Shown here piece after piece: positions 39,760 to 53,205 of a stretch of 64,000 bases of DNA. Numbering within the stretch: the stretch's first letter is position 1; each line of letters begins with the position of its first letter. Source of the stretch: Vicugna vicugna (Eukaryota); NCBI GenBank assembly GCA_013265495.1, contig MU058824.1:434001-498000 (forward strand), written 5' to 3'. The notes beneath the pieces are model-generated. The model saw only the letters and a program-made list of their open reading frames with translations. It did not search any database and had not been told where the DNA came from. The position numbers and the translations under genes are program-made.

Positions 39760-40350
39760 ACGATCTTTAGATGAAATACTGAATATTTTTTAAAAAGTTA
39801 AATGAACCTAGAGAAGAAGATGGAGAATGGGCATCTAAAACATCTCATAGAAAGCTTTCTGATGAAGTCAAGTTGTCAAAGACCACAGATACCAGAAGGA
39901 AAAACTGGCATGATAAAGCCCCCAAAGAGGAAAGTGAAATATAGAAGTGTTTGAAATGTTGAAGTTCAGAATGAGCTTAAATTTGCAGAAAATGCTAAAG
40001 TTGCCAAGAAAGACTTAAAAAACCTGAGTCAGGGCAAAAAGAATAGATTAAGGAGTGTAATGGATTAATCAGGAAAAGCAGAATAACTCAATTTTAATTT
40101 TTTTCTCTCTGTAAGATCAGGTCTACCTGGACAAAAACAAAATGACATAAGCAAAATCACAAAAATGAGAAGTAAAACGATCTTGTCACCTTGAGTTTTA
40201 GGGCTCTTTGGCCCAAACTGCAGTATCCCAGAGAGCTGCTAAATGTTGCAAATGCTTTTTGTTAGCAACTACTGGGAATTTTTGAGACACTATGGAGAAT
40301 ATACGGTAATAGAAGACTGGAAATGGACAAACAGTATTCCAGTTTTCAAA
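39760..40350 (+). mobile_element. L3/CR1 LINE ORF2 fragment within the probable ERP44 3'UTR
   Basis: 40312-40350 reads EDWKWTNSIPVFK, resembling the CR1 ORF2 motif EDWKxANVxPIFKK. Confidence 0.6.
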
Positions 40351-40645
40351 ATCATTACAGTTAAATGGCTTTAGGTGTTTTCTAAATAAAATATCTCATG
40401 AACCAAACTGAAATGTTAGTAGACTATATTTGGGGGGAAGATTTAAGTAGCTGTAAAGAATAATCCATTTTTAAACCCAATATTTAAAGACCCTGAAGAC
40501 AGTAAGTTGTTTCAGGACTTAAACTGTTTTATGCTGATTATAACTGTTCTATGTGTTCATTAAAACCGCTATGGTTTTATGGATAATACCGCTGCTTGGC
40601 AACTGTTTTTTAGCTGTGTTTGAATTTTTGTATATATTTCCAAGT

Positions 40646-40651
40646 AATAAA
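40646..40651 (+). terminator. Candidate distal poly(A) signal of ERP44
   Basis: AATAAA with upstream TGTA (40629) and T-rich downstream sequence. Confidence 0.5.
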
Positions 40652-42559
40652 ACTATATTTATAAAATATTTCTTTGAGACTTTTTACTAATTCAATTTGT
40701 CCTATCATATTGTGAACATTTTCTCAGAATCCAGATGACCAGAAGCACAAGATTTTCCAGTTTTAAAGTTATTCTTTAGATTATTTAATTGCACTTAACT
40801 CAGAATGGAAAGGTATATGAATCCATGTGCCAGTAACTCAAACCTAGCTTTTGGCTGAAGCATCAAAGCTCCCTCTTGCAGAGCACACTGGGGAAGGGCT
40901 GGCCTGACCTTAGAGAATAGGTTTTGGAGTCACTGGAAGAGGAAAAGTGCAGCTTACAAATAAACTGCTTCTCTAAAATGCTCCTTTTACTCCCTCTCCC
41001 CAACACTGCATAATAGTAAATTCCTTCTGTCCACCCTTCAATGCCCAAGATGATTATCACCCTCTGTGGTCCCACAGCCCTTTATTTACGTGTTCTAGGG
41101 CACCCAGTCTAACAGAAGGTTGGAAGTCTATGTATCCCTTTTCCATATCACCATGTGAAGCAAGAAACACCTCTATCTGTATTCCCAGAAATCTAGAGCA
41201 CTGTGAGTGATTAATCTCTGATGAAAAAGAAAAAGCCCAATTATGTAATAAGTAAACGAACAAATGAGTGAATAAAAGACAAAATAGCATCACTGTAACT
41301 GAAATGGACTCAGCTGGGTCATCTGTGACTCTCAGTTACCTGATGTCTAGTCACCTTTAATCCTATATTCTAAATTAACTATGGGGGTCCTAAGAGTTTT
41401 AGTCTAGAACACATTAAAATTTTACACCAACCCGGAGATACAGAACTTTCAGAATGACACTGGAGTGCCCTCTTGGGCAGTGCAGTCCGACACAGCTGCA
41501 GGAAGTTTGCCCGTGAACGCCACACGTTTTCTATGAGGTAGATCTGACCCCTAGCTTAGTCACTCCGCCTTGTGGAAGGACAGACAACAGTGAGATGACA
41601 AAATACCATGTGCGGTTTACAAAATGCCGTACAGTCCCCATTAGGCAAGCATTAATCTGCTGTTGCCAGGCTAAGGATACAACGGTGAACAAGAGCCTCC
41701 CTCTTGTGTCATGGAGCTCAAACTTAGGAGTAAAACAAATGGGTGAAAAGGCGACTACAATAGAGTGCAGCCTTGGGGGTCAGGAGAGCCTTCCCAAGAG
41801 AAGTGGTCTTCTTGGCTAGGAAAAGAAAAAGCTGTATTCTTTCCTAAACTTCTCCCCTCCAGGAGCATTACATTAATAGACGCTGTCATTCTCTATTAGC
41901 ATCTTTCTGTAATAGCAAAGTGTTGCTGTCATGCTTCTCTCCCAGCTCTGGGCCACTCAGGTAAAAGATCCCATACTTGCCTGTCTGTGCTGTGTCATGC
42001 GTTTTACTTACTGGGATGGGTGCCAGGGAGGAAGCTGCATGCCCACTCCCTTGATGCCATGTGTACACTTGCCTAGGGAAGACCAGATCAGTCTTGGAAG
42101 GCTGATGCTTTGTTTTCTTGCCCTAACCATTGCCCAGAGGAGGAAGAGAGCAGGGTATCCCTGGCCACGCACATAGTGAGAGGGAAAAACAAGGCCTCTC
42201 TTCTGACTTACTCTTCTTAATTCTTCATGTCTTCATAATGAGCATTTCTTTCTGATTCAAAACATTGTTGAATAGTCTACTTCAGAAATTTTCTAGAACT
42301 AGAAGGTAAATTCCTTGCTCTGTGGCTTCTGGAATCCAAATTTACCCCTTCAATTACAGACTTGTGCCCAAGTTCAGTGTTCTGGCACCTTCTGTTTTCT
42401 GGTTCCTGAAAGATCACTGGTGGTGCTTCATGATCAATCTACAAGTTCCCACTAACCTTATGTAGTTTTTTTATCTGAGCCTAGAAACTATAAATTCTTT
42501 TAAAACACAGATTTTTTTTTTTTTGGTAACCCCATGCTTATTTCCATTGCCTGTGTAAC

Positions 42560-42695
42560 TAGGGTGACCATGTAATTTTTTCCTCCAAACCAGGACATTT
42601 GGGAGTGATAGGGAGCATTAGTAACAGTTTCACCAGGATGTGAGATGTAAATCAAGACAGTCCCAGACAACCCGGGGTGTGTGATCGTCCAGTTC
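42560..42695. mobile_element. MER96-like hAT-Tip100 MITE
   Basis: tagggtgaccat...ccaaaccaggaca...gacagtcccagacaacccgggg. Confidence 0.6.
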
Positions 42696-44925
42696 CTAAC
42701 CAGATCTCACACATTCTCATGTTTGGGTGTCACTCTTAACAGACATGAAAAAGATTTACTTTCCACCAATTATCTGTCATCATTATACCACCTTCTTAAT
42801 AACTAAGTGTTTTTAAAAAGTTATAGAATTCTTGGTATTTTTATCAAGTCTCCACTCAATTTAAGTGTCTCCCTAACACTGTTCTTGTAGGTACATGATA
42901 ATTTTTCATTAATGTGCCTTTCCTTTAAACTTTGGGGAAAAATAACAGTAACAGTTACAACAATAACAGCAGCAACTAACATTTGTACAGTTACTATGAG
43001 TCAGGCTCCATTTAACACGTACACATTTTTAAATCTTCATAACCACTCTGTAAGACAGGCAAGGTACCAATGGGGAGGTGGGGATGCAGGGAGGGGAATG
43101 CTAAGGAAGTCCTGAGTTGTTGGCCCCTACCTTAACCCAGAGAGGAGGAGCCATCTGTTATGAACAATAAAACCTAGAGAGTAAAAAAAGGGAAGTAACA
43201 CCTAAAAAAGGGGAGAATTAGTAAGTACCAAGCACTTTATTCCTCTCCTTTCCTATCAACTCACTGAGAGGCTGTTGGTGGAACAAATACATTAATCTGA
43301 GTATTAGAAACCTTGGTTCAAATCCTGTCAAATGTCCACCTCTTAACTTAAACCTTGCCCTTGCCTAATTCAAATTTCTGCTTGCTTGAAAGAGCAATTA
43401 AATTCCTGCCATTACTCTTGTCTCAATACTAGACCATCAGATTATAAAGCCTTCTTGGGTCCCTGCTATTCTGACCCCACTAATGCTATATGGTAAGACA
43501 GGAGATAAACTCAGCTTTCCCACACCATTTCTTCAGTGACTCAGGTCCTATATCCTTTCTTTTCCAAGTCATGACTTTTAATTGGAAAAAGAGATAGAAA
43601 TATCTTTACCTCCAAATTCTGAAAATTTCAATTCGTGACTTCCAAATCCTAGAGATGTTTTCCAGATTTCTTCCGTTGCATCATTCACTCCTATGTTAAT
43701 ATACAACAGTGAGTACTGAGCAAAGAGTTGATACATCTTAGAAAGCTTTCTAACATTTCAATATGTATCCCTGAAAACAGCAGAACACTTGTGCCATGAC
43801 CTCATCACTCATCATCTGGGAGTCATACAGGAGTGTAGTTTCTTTTCCCCTTCTCATCGCGATACTTTGTATTATGAAATACTCTCAAGAAGCAGATGAT
43901 ATGGCTCTTGCCCTATAAGAAGCTTACATTCTAGTGGGGGAGATCACACTACCACAAGTGAAATAATTTAACACCTATGAAGTTGTAAAACATTGCAGAA
44001 TTAGCCACAAGTGAAAATGGGAGCCACTGAATTGCATCTGTCAAGAAATATTCACACAGAGATGGAAAAACTGGACCATGAAGGTCTTGGACACTAAAAG
44101 GCAAAAGTAAATTTCATGACTATTTTCTCAGTGGGTTTTCAATAAATATTTATGGAATGAATAACAGGATAGGAAGAAAGCATGCATTCAATATTAAGCA
44201 GAGATCTCACAGCAGAGGCAAAAAGCACAAATCTTTTCTTACATGTGGGAAAGGAAAGCAAATACACCAAATATACCAAGAACTCAGGCAAATGTGAAGT
44301 TTGCTACTAATGTCTCTGGTAACGAAGGCAAAATGAAGAACTCAGAGGGTTATAACAGTCTTACCTGATACAAAGTGATATATTAATTCCTTTAAACAAA
44401 GAATTTTTTAAATTAAATATATATATATTTAAATATAAAAACATATATTAGATGTATATAATTTAATATATATATATACATGTATAATATATACACCCTA
44501 GTCTGTATTTTCACTTAACTATCTTCATCACTCACATTTAATTCCTTGGTTTTCTCTAAGCACGCTTTATGTACTCATTCACGTTTCAAACCCTTTGTAC
44601 TTGTAGTTCCCACTGCCACTTCAAAGCCCACAAACCCGGCCAGGTATTTTCTTCTTTAGGGTACTGCTCGAATGCCACATGTTCCACAAAGTCTTCCCCT
44701 TCTTTTCCAGGCAGAGCTAGTCACTCCATTCTGTGTCCTCATATTACTTTGTTCATTCCTCTTTTAGGGTACGTACCACATTTTACTGTGATTTACTAGT
44801 TTTGAGAATCGGAATTCATCAGCCTGAATGGCTTACAAGATCTACAGGTCTAATATTTTTCTACATATGGCAATGGCACTCAACACACAACAGCCATTTT
44901 GTAAAATGCTTGCTGAATGAGTGAT

Positions 44926-44931
44926 TTTATT
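44926..44931 (-). terminator. Candidate distal poly(A) signal of STX17
   Basis: tttatt on + (AATAAA on -); GT-rich tgttgtgtgttg downstream on the - strand; ~5.8 kb from the STX17 stop. Confidence 0.5.
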
Positions 44932-47749
44932 GCATGTTTCCTTATATGAGCACCACTCAGCAACATGATAAGCAAATTCAGTAAACTTTACAGAATTTGT
45001 AGAAAATCTCATCACTGGGCCTCTTCTGTTAAACCTCTTGCTAACAGCAAGGGTTTTAACAATAAAATGGAAAATATCTTTAAAGAGGTTAATTAATGAA
45101 ACCCAGGTAAACATCTTTTAGTCATAACCTTAATACAAGATCATCTCATACTTGAGAAACGTACGGAAAACATGTACTCTTGAGTGTTCACAAATACTTG
45201 TTAGTCAGTTTCCCACAGGAGCTGGACAATGGTCCATCAAAGGCTGGAGTACGTACGCTGCTGAATTAAAATCCTCATGCTTTGGCTACCCCTGTATAGG
45301 TGGCAAGACTGACACTGTTCTGGAGATTAAGAAATTGAATGTAACAAAAGAGGAAAAAAAGATTGCTCTTTAGGAAACAACTTGCAGGCTTGTTCAAGAG
45401 CTTAAATAAAACTCAGCTGACTAGCTTTGTAAAGTGTAGTATTATAGAAATTATTTTAGTGGAGAAATGTAAACAGTTTATTACCAGCTTCTACCTTCCC
45501 CACAGAAAAACCTCAAAACCATTCTTGTGGAATGTCTGATTTTCAGTGGCATTGTCTGATGGTGAGTTTTAAGAGATAAAGCCAGGGCCATAAAACAGAA
45601 GGCTGAACTTTATCAGGTGTTCAATAGGATCCAACAAAAATATTTCAGCAGAAAAATGAAAGACGGTTCTTATGGCAGTGATGTGAGGAATGGCCTAAAG
45701 CTGGGGAAGATGAGGTGAGGATGTGAGGTAATAAAGTCATTTACTAGAGTGATGGCTATGAATACATTTAAGAAATGAATGCAAATAACATTCAAAAACT
45801 GACAGGACACAGTAAGAGGCTGGATTTAAAGAATGGAGAATGCTAAGCTGCTGACCATGAAGCTTTATGGTTAGGGAATCCCTGGCCAGAAAGGGAGAGA
45901 GCAGCCATCCTTGAGTAAAAGCTTACTGCAAGAGACAAAGTCAAAACTAAAACTCTGATCTCCTAACTCCCCATACAATTCTCTTTCCTCGATAGCTGTT
46001 GCCTGGTTTGGAATGTTACAGCTGGTCTGAAAACCACAAACTTCAGCAAGCAACCCAATACAGCACAACAAAAATTCAGTTAAATTACTTTGAGGATTTG
46101 TTTTTCTTACATCATGGTTATAATTCTAGCTTTTGTGTTAACTAGCTTTAACCTTGGGCAAATCATTTGCCTTTGACACCTTTTAGGTTTTATTTGAATT
46201 TATTTCTTTTGTTAACATTGCACAGATGTCTTTCTTGAATCCCACAATAAATAATTTTTTGAGGACAGTGATATGGATAATATCACTGGATATTATCTTT
46301 TACCATTGATTGTTTATAATACCCAAGAAGTGTCTCTATAAAATGGTCTCAAATTAATGAATATAAAGTGAGAACCACCTGTTAGAAACATCGTGAAGTG
46401 TTACTAAAAACAAACAGAACTAAACTGTTTACATTAACTCAGGCCAGTGTGGGAGCTACTCTACCTTTTATTCGACCTGAGTACTTAAGAATAGTTTTTA
46501 GCATTCGTAAGTACCCGACAGCCACAGCCATGTTACGCTTTATTACCAGAGAAGAAAACGTCCCAGTTCACAGGAGAACCGCTTTCCCGAGCTCTTCTTC
46601 AGCCGTCCTCCCAAAGATTTCACGTGGCAGCAGTGAAGAACAAAGGGGACCCTGAGAATGACCTTTCAGTTTTAAAGTTAACACAAAGAATGGCTTGGCT
46701 TGGCTTCTGTACTTTCACTGGAGAAAAATGTACACTGCAGGTTTACATTCCACTTCTTGTGACTGATTGATAATACCAAGATTCAATCCTTACTCCTGTA
46801 TAAACTGCTTATGGCACTTACAGGCAGGCAGCCCACAGAGGAAGGTTTTTGGATTCACAGAATTCTCCCTGTACAGTACTCGGCTTCAGTATAACCTGAA
46901 GTTCTTGTTCTGGGAACTCTGGCCAGCACACCCGTTTTCTGGGCGTTCTTAGATTACTGGCTGCAGCATAGGTGAACAAGAGCTAGAACAGCAGAAGAAA
47001 AGCAAAACTGAGGAAGCAAGAGAGGAGAGGGCATAAGGACAAGGGAGTATAGTCTATGACTAGCAAACACTGAGATAGCTTTTTTTACATGATTTGTAAA
47101 ATGTTGTTGGAGGCAACTCCAAAAGAAAAGTTTCAAAAACGTTCTAAGTAATACCAGCATCACGACAGTAAGCACATGGCCTTCCAAGAGTACCAGTTTA
47201 AAGGATAATCATTTGATTCTGTGAGTTATGATTGTTTTAAAGAAATTACTTTATTTTAAAATTCAATATAAAAAGCACTGCTTAATTGATGGCTATGACC
47301 CACAAAAATAAGGAAAACTGTAGGATGTGTGGGTGGGATGGAAACACTTTTAATTCTATAGTTTAAGGACCAAATTCAGCACTATGTACTTCCTCACCGG
47401 CCACCATTAAAAACTTTCAGGCTGCTGGACACTTGGTGAGGAAAGAGAAGATTAAAAAATACAACTGAATGGCATGTGTAATTTCAAAGCAAGCCTGCCT
47501 GACAAGACTATATGGGTGTTTGGGTGAAGCAGAATGAATGGCCCATCTCAATCTTACATACAGAAGCAGCATGGTATGAGAGCAACTGAAGTTTCTGTAG
47601 TTCAACAGACCTAGTTTACATACTGGTTTCACCCTCCTGTAGTTGAATAACCCTCTGCAAATTATTTAGCTTCTCTAAGACTTGGTTTCCTTACCTCTAA
47701 AATGCCTAATGAAGTGTCTGGCAAACAGAAGACATTCAATAAATACCTA

Positions 47750-47950
47750 TTTTCAAACTAAGGGTCGAAACCGATAGATTAGGAAATCAATTTAGAAGGT
47801 TACAACTAGCATATTTAAAAACAAACAATGAAAACATCAGAGTACACTGCACATAATGGTAAGTATTGTTCCATTATGCATATGCTGAGTTTGATGTAAA
47901 TGCATTTTCAAACTATGGATTACAACCAAAAAGTTTCAAAGCCTCTGCTC
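47750..47950. mobile_element. hAT-Charlie MITE remnant in the STX17 3'UTR (MIR adjacent at ~47570-47710)
   Basis: ttttcaaactaagggtcgaaacc...aaaagtttcaaagcctctg termini. Confidence 0.45.
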
Positions 47951-50716
47951 TACAGAGAAATTCTCAGGTTATTATGTTAGTCTTTAGCAGTGCTGCCATT
48001 ATCCAAATGAGCCTCTGTAAATTCTAAGAACTTATAGTGTTTCTTACCTTCTAACTTGTTGCAGTAAAAATGAGATATGAATCATATGGAATATGAATTT
48101 AATCTGATACTGTAGGGACTTAAACTCAATTTTAAGATTGGTTTCAGTATCATATTGACTAATTTACACTTTAAACACTTTAGAGTTTATAAATGTATCA
48201 TTTATAGTTGATTAAACACTTCTAGAAATTTCTACAAAAAGTTGGCAATTAGGTTCTATTATGGGGAAATTTGATACAATTTCTAAATAATTTTAAATTA
48301 TGAAACTTTTATTAAAGATTATAACTTGCCAAAGCATAAGGACTGCTAGAATAATATTCCAATCCTGATGAGCATTAAAAATCAAAGGACTACATGAGCA
48401 CGTACAGTGACGTCCCACACTGGCTCAGTAAAAAGGAGAGATCCCAGAACAAAATGGGAGGGTCCATTATAGGCATTTTCTCTCCTTCAGGTCTTGATGT
48501 AAAACCAGCCTGACACTGTGAGTCCCCAGTACTGTTAAGACGATGAGCTAGCTAATTTTAGGTTGGCAGAGTAGGACTAATACACAGTGATGGCGACTGG
48601 GCTGTGCTGAAGGGTAGAATATTAGAAATTACAGAATTCAACAATATAGCAAAATCTTGATGTAACTGTATCTTAAATTTATAATTTTAGCTGACTAGGC
48701 CAGATTGGCTACTATTATAACACATGGGGCTGAAGTTTAAGAAGCTTGTTTTAAATTCCCACCCTGGGCGATTCTGATCCTCGTTCTGATTCGAACAGCC
48801 TGTGTTAAACGGACAGCAAGGATCAGAAAATAGAAAAAAGATGGGGTTCCAAAGTAATTATCCCAACCTTACAGGTATCCAATATCAAACACTGGATCAG
48901 AATCTGACATTTATTCAAAGTACTGCCTTGTTGGTATTAAAAATACAAGCCAGTAATTAAGTAGGTAGCAATACTTGATGTTTTCCAGTTATTTAATAGT
49001 AACAAATGGTGTGTTCTCTCATTGGAATTCATTGGTGAAAGTCAGAAAGTATGAAAGAGAAAGCTCTCTTTAGACACAGAAGTAAAAGTAGCAATCAACA
49101 GAAGTTATTGAGTGAACTCAGCAAGAGAGGAGTGATAAGCCTTTCAACTGCCTGATGAATCCACTTGGATCCTGAGCAGAGACAGCCCACACCTTTTGTG
49201 GTGTAGGTGCCCTTTCCTCTGTCCTCAGAAAGGAGTAAAGGGTAAGGCAAAAGGTGGTTCCCTTCCTATTTCAAATGAGTTGAGGGTATAGGATGCGGCC
49301 GCCTGTAATCTCCAATTTTTTCTCCCCGTAAATTTAAAACTTTTCTGCTATTTGAGGCAGACCTTGAGTTGGACTGGGCCATGCTTTCTACCAAGGTCAA
49401 GCGTTGGGATTAGCACCACAAATCCTTCACCAGGACTGAGTCTTGGCATCAGGCTTTGTCCATCGTCATCCTGAATGTGAGGAAAGGCAAGCATGAATGC
49501 CATTCTTGGGAAGAAACAGCAGCTGTGAAAAGTGAAGGAAAGCATAGGAGACAGCAAAGCCTTGGGAAAAGGACGGTAGTAACAAAAGTGAGGTAGAAAG
49601 CTAGTTCTTAGCTCCCCCAAGTGCCAGCTGAAAAGACTCAGGGTCAGAGACTCCCTGTATAGCAGGTACATGAGATCTTTGAAACAGGAAGATGCCCCAA
49701 GAAATGATCTGGTGTTCTGCTCTTGCTTATTTTTTAGCTCAAACTCTAACAATACTGGAAATATATGGAGATCGACACCTGTTTCTTACCTAGAGGTTAC
49801 AGGAGAACATGAAAAGAGATGGCAGAAAATAAAAGTTTTTCAAAAAGATTATGAGAAAAGTCTGCATTACACATGGGTAGAATTCACCCCATAAGTCAAA
49901 GAAGTTGTCAAAATTAAAGGGAGGGAAGGCAGAGGGCACTAGATAATTGAGGTGTGAAGAGACAGGTTGATGACTGGCTTAGCAAATCTCCTACCACTTA
50001 AGGCTCTGTGTGCTTTATTTAAAGAGAGACAGAAGAAGAGTTCAGAGAAGAAGCCAGTGTCACAAATTAAGATATTTGGAAAAAAAGTTGGGCCTCTCTT
50101 CCCATTTTTTTTTTCACTATTAGTTTCTCTCACCAGATGATAAAGTTAGATCAAACTGCAACAGGGCTCACCGAATGGACTTCACTGTGCAGTTCACTTG
50201 TGCCCTTTGCTAGGTGCTGATTTTCTTATCTGATTTGAAAGGCTCCTGAACTTCCATTCTTTTCTTTGCTAAAATGCCTAAATAGCCTATATTTAGGAGA
50301 TAAATAAGCACATTTACAAATGCTTAGCCTTAGGGCCTCCAATTCAGGGTTATAGAAGAAACTATTCTGAAAACCATCCTTCCATAACCCAACATGTCCA
50401 CACGTCACAAGTCCTCATCAAAGTTACGGGTTAACTTTCACATTTCCAAGCAGAAAAAAATCCACTCCCTGGCAGTCCTTAAATTTTACCTAACAAATAT
50501 TATACACCCCGAGTGCAGGCTCCTCAGTCTCTAACATCCCCATTAACACCCCAGCAAACAACAAAGTACATCCACTTATCACAGCTCAATCCCACTTGAG
50601 CATCTATAGTCACTATCTTCATATAATCATGTTCCAAAAGCTGACTGAGTGTCCAACAGCAGCAAAGATCCTCATTAGGATAGACATGTTGATGCAGTAA
50701 TACTGAAGTTTGGTTT

Positions 50717-50956
50717 TTAACTGCATTTTTTGTCAGTTTGGCTGGGAAGATCTGGACAGCTGGAAGTGAGCTTCTCCATCATTTTCTGTTTCCTCCTTTG
50801 TATCAATTTTCCACCTGTGAAGCCCAACACCCCACCACCAAGTGCAGCTGCAATTCCTGCTACTTTGAAGCCTGCAAGGAGGCCAATCGGACCCCCTACC
50901 ACTCCTCCGATGAGTGCACCTGCCACAGGCAGAGCTGCCAGCTTGTATTTTGCAGC
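50717..50956 (-). CDS. STX17: STX17 (syntaxin 17) last coding exon 8: Gly-zipper tandem TM hairpin and C-terminal KKCS
   Basis: ttttttttttacag|GCT GCA AAA TAC AAG CTG...AGT TAA; 240 nt; AAKYKLAALPVAGALIGGVVGGPIGLLAGFKVAGIAAALGGGVLGFTGGKLIQRRKQKMMEKLTSSCPDLPSQTDKKCS*. Confidence 0.97.
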   Translation of the reverse strand, partial: AAKYKLAALPVAGALIGGVVGGPIGLLAGFKVAGIAAALGGGVLGFTGGKLIQRRKQKMMEKLTSSCPDLPSQTDKKCS

Positions 50957-51692
50957 CTGTAAAAAAAAAAATTCAATTTAGAAATTGAGTTGAGAATATC
51001 TCCCTGCGGTGATGTGCATTTTCCTCTCATTACTCCTGGCAATGCCTCTTTAACTCGTGATACATAATTAACCTTAGAAATTGTTCTGGGGTGGGGAGAG
51101 GCGCAAAAATATTCCACAGGTACTACAATTGCTCCAGATCTCAGAACTTACGAGAAATGAGCTACAAAGAATGCACTGCTACAAATTGATTTTACTTGCA
51201 AAACAATCAATCCACTATCTAGCTGGCTTATTTAAACAGTTTCAGCAGCCACAGATACTCCCAAAGCTTTTATGTTGCACAGAGATTATTCCATGCTATG
51301 TACCTGGGGTTAAAAGCAACATTCTATGGAAAGTAGATGGATCCACTCCATGTGTGCTGTCACCTCCTTACACTTTTGCCCCTACTGGATTCTGGCAACC
51401 CTCCTTACTCCTCTCCCTGAACCCCTGAAAATATTCTTATAACACTAAATGCCTTGTAGTGGGGCTTCAGTTTGTTCTCTCTTTGAAAAAAAATTTCTCT
51501 CCCAACAGAATGAAACTTAGAGTAGAATATTACAACAGCCATTGATTTCTCGCACTACCTATGTGTCATTTCTTTCTTATTTTCTTAATTGCTGGTTCCC
51601 TCAACATTAAAGAGAGCAGATCAATTGGGTGAATACTAGGGATTTCTGAGAGCCAGAGTACCATTGATTTGTCAGCAGGAGCAGAATCTTAC

Positions 51693-51779
51693 CTTCCCCA
51701 AGTTTTTGGTTCCCTCTTCAACATTCACAGCAGCACTGTTGACATGGTCTTCAATGCTGTCAATCTTCTCCTGCTGAGA
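51693..51779 (-). CDS. STX17: STX17 coding exon 7 (Qa-SNARE motif)
   Basis: tttgcatctag|TCT...AAG|gtaaga; 87 nt; SQQEKIDSIEDHVNSAAVNVEEGTKNLGK. Confidence 0.97.
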
Positions 51780-53205
51780 CTAGATGCAAAGGAATTATGA
51801 GTGAGCGTTCCTGCTGGGGAGCAGCAGTCAGCCAATACACACTATTTTAATTCCTGTAATCAGGGCTCCGTGTACTGCAGCCTTGCAGTCTTAATAGCAG
51901 TTCATTAATAGCATCTGATAAACCATGTCGAAAGCACAAATTCACTCATATGAAAAAAAGAGGGTGGCTTAATTTTTAGATTAAAAAAGGGTGGCAGCTT
52001 TATAGGAAAAAGCATCTCACACTAAAATTCATTCAAACATATGAACATATTATTCTCCAAATGAATCTACTTTCCAAGAGGAAAAAAATCCAAGCGAGCA
52101 TTTATATGTCATGTTGGGTTTGATGGGAAAAAACCCCCAAACAAACCCAAAATCAAACCAAAAAACCTGTCTAACTTATCTTCTTTGAAGATTCAGCTTA
52201 AAACAGGCAAATCTGCCTTAGGAGTTTAATGCCCTTGATCCAATAAATACAAATTATCATGTTTTAGGAATAAGAATACAATATTGATCTGCCATGAAAT
52301 CTTTCCACTTGTGATATGCAGTAGGGAGCAGTAAATGAATTTAGTGTCCTGTGTTTTATATCTGTACACTTTAATATATTTTAAGATCATGACAAGTTAA
52401 AATGTTTCAGATCAAATATATTAATAAAGCATTCTACATAAAACGGTAACACCTGTGCTGACACAACAGAAGCTGTGACTCATGGAATCTCTAGGTGGAA
52501 GGAATGGTTAGGCCACTGAGTGCAATTTTCCCCTCCGCCATGTGAAGCCCCACTACAACTACAACGCTTCTGACAAGTGGTTACTGAGCCTCTCTCAAAC
52601 ATCTCCAGCGACAGGAACTCATGGAACTCATGGCTTGCCACAGGAACACATTCCCATTTTTAAATTAACTTTATGTGGAATTTACATATGACAATATGCA
52701 CCCAATTTCAAGAGTATATACTTTGATTAGTTCTCACAAATGTACAAATCCATGTAACCACCATCACATCAACATATTTACCTTTTGTTTTTTTAATTCA
52801 CAGAAAAAAAGAGAATCCCTCTCTAACCCTAGCTTTAGCCAGCTTCTACAAATGATCATGAAATAATTCAACTTTCATCCTGAAATATGATTGCCCTTAT
52901 AAAACTAAACTTTTCATTTATACTGAAGCAGTTATAACTCAACTCTTCTAATTTCAATCATCATTTCATCTGAAAACGTGAAACCCAAACACCACAGCTA
53001 ATTTTTCCCACAGTTGCTTCCTACCAGTATCAATGACATTCCTTCCCTTCTCATACACCACATACATGCTTTTCACTGTTAGACCTTTTATGGTATCTCT
53101 TCGTTCCTATATTCTTCACCATTATCTTGACGTCTCTTAACACAATCCTTAAAAAAGTCCTGTTATCAGTTTTCCTTCCAACATCTCTGTCAGAGGCAAA
53201 TACAA

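Larger units (their letters stand above)
37086..40670 (+). other. ERP44: ERP44 3'UTR (probable long form; end inferred)
   Basis: Follows the stop codon; AATAAA at 37189, 37297, 37347, 37543, 38351 and 40646; distal end chosen from my recollection of a ~3.5 kb human UTR. Confidence 0.55.
44905..50716 (-). other. STX17: STX17 3'UTR (probable long form; end inferred)
   Basis: Follows the TAA at 50719-50717; several - strand AATAAA (e.g. 50014, 48308, 47250, 46539, 46467, 44926). Confidence 0.5.

Noticed and set aside
44355..44380. Minus-strand CAG|GTAAGA recursive-like motif
   Set aside because: Lies beyond the inferred STX17 poly(A) site, so not inside an intron.
50717..50926. ORF-track 69-aa ORF as a stand-alone gene
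   Set aside because: It is part of STX17 exon 8 read from an internal GTG; the real exon starts at the acceptor at 50956.
50730..50981. + strand ORFs antisense to STX17 exon 8, and similar antisense ORFs over ERP44 exons (22431, 23620, 36922)
   Set aside because: Shadow ORFs of coding sequence; no independent support.
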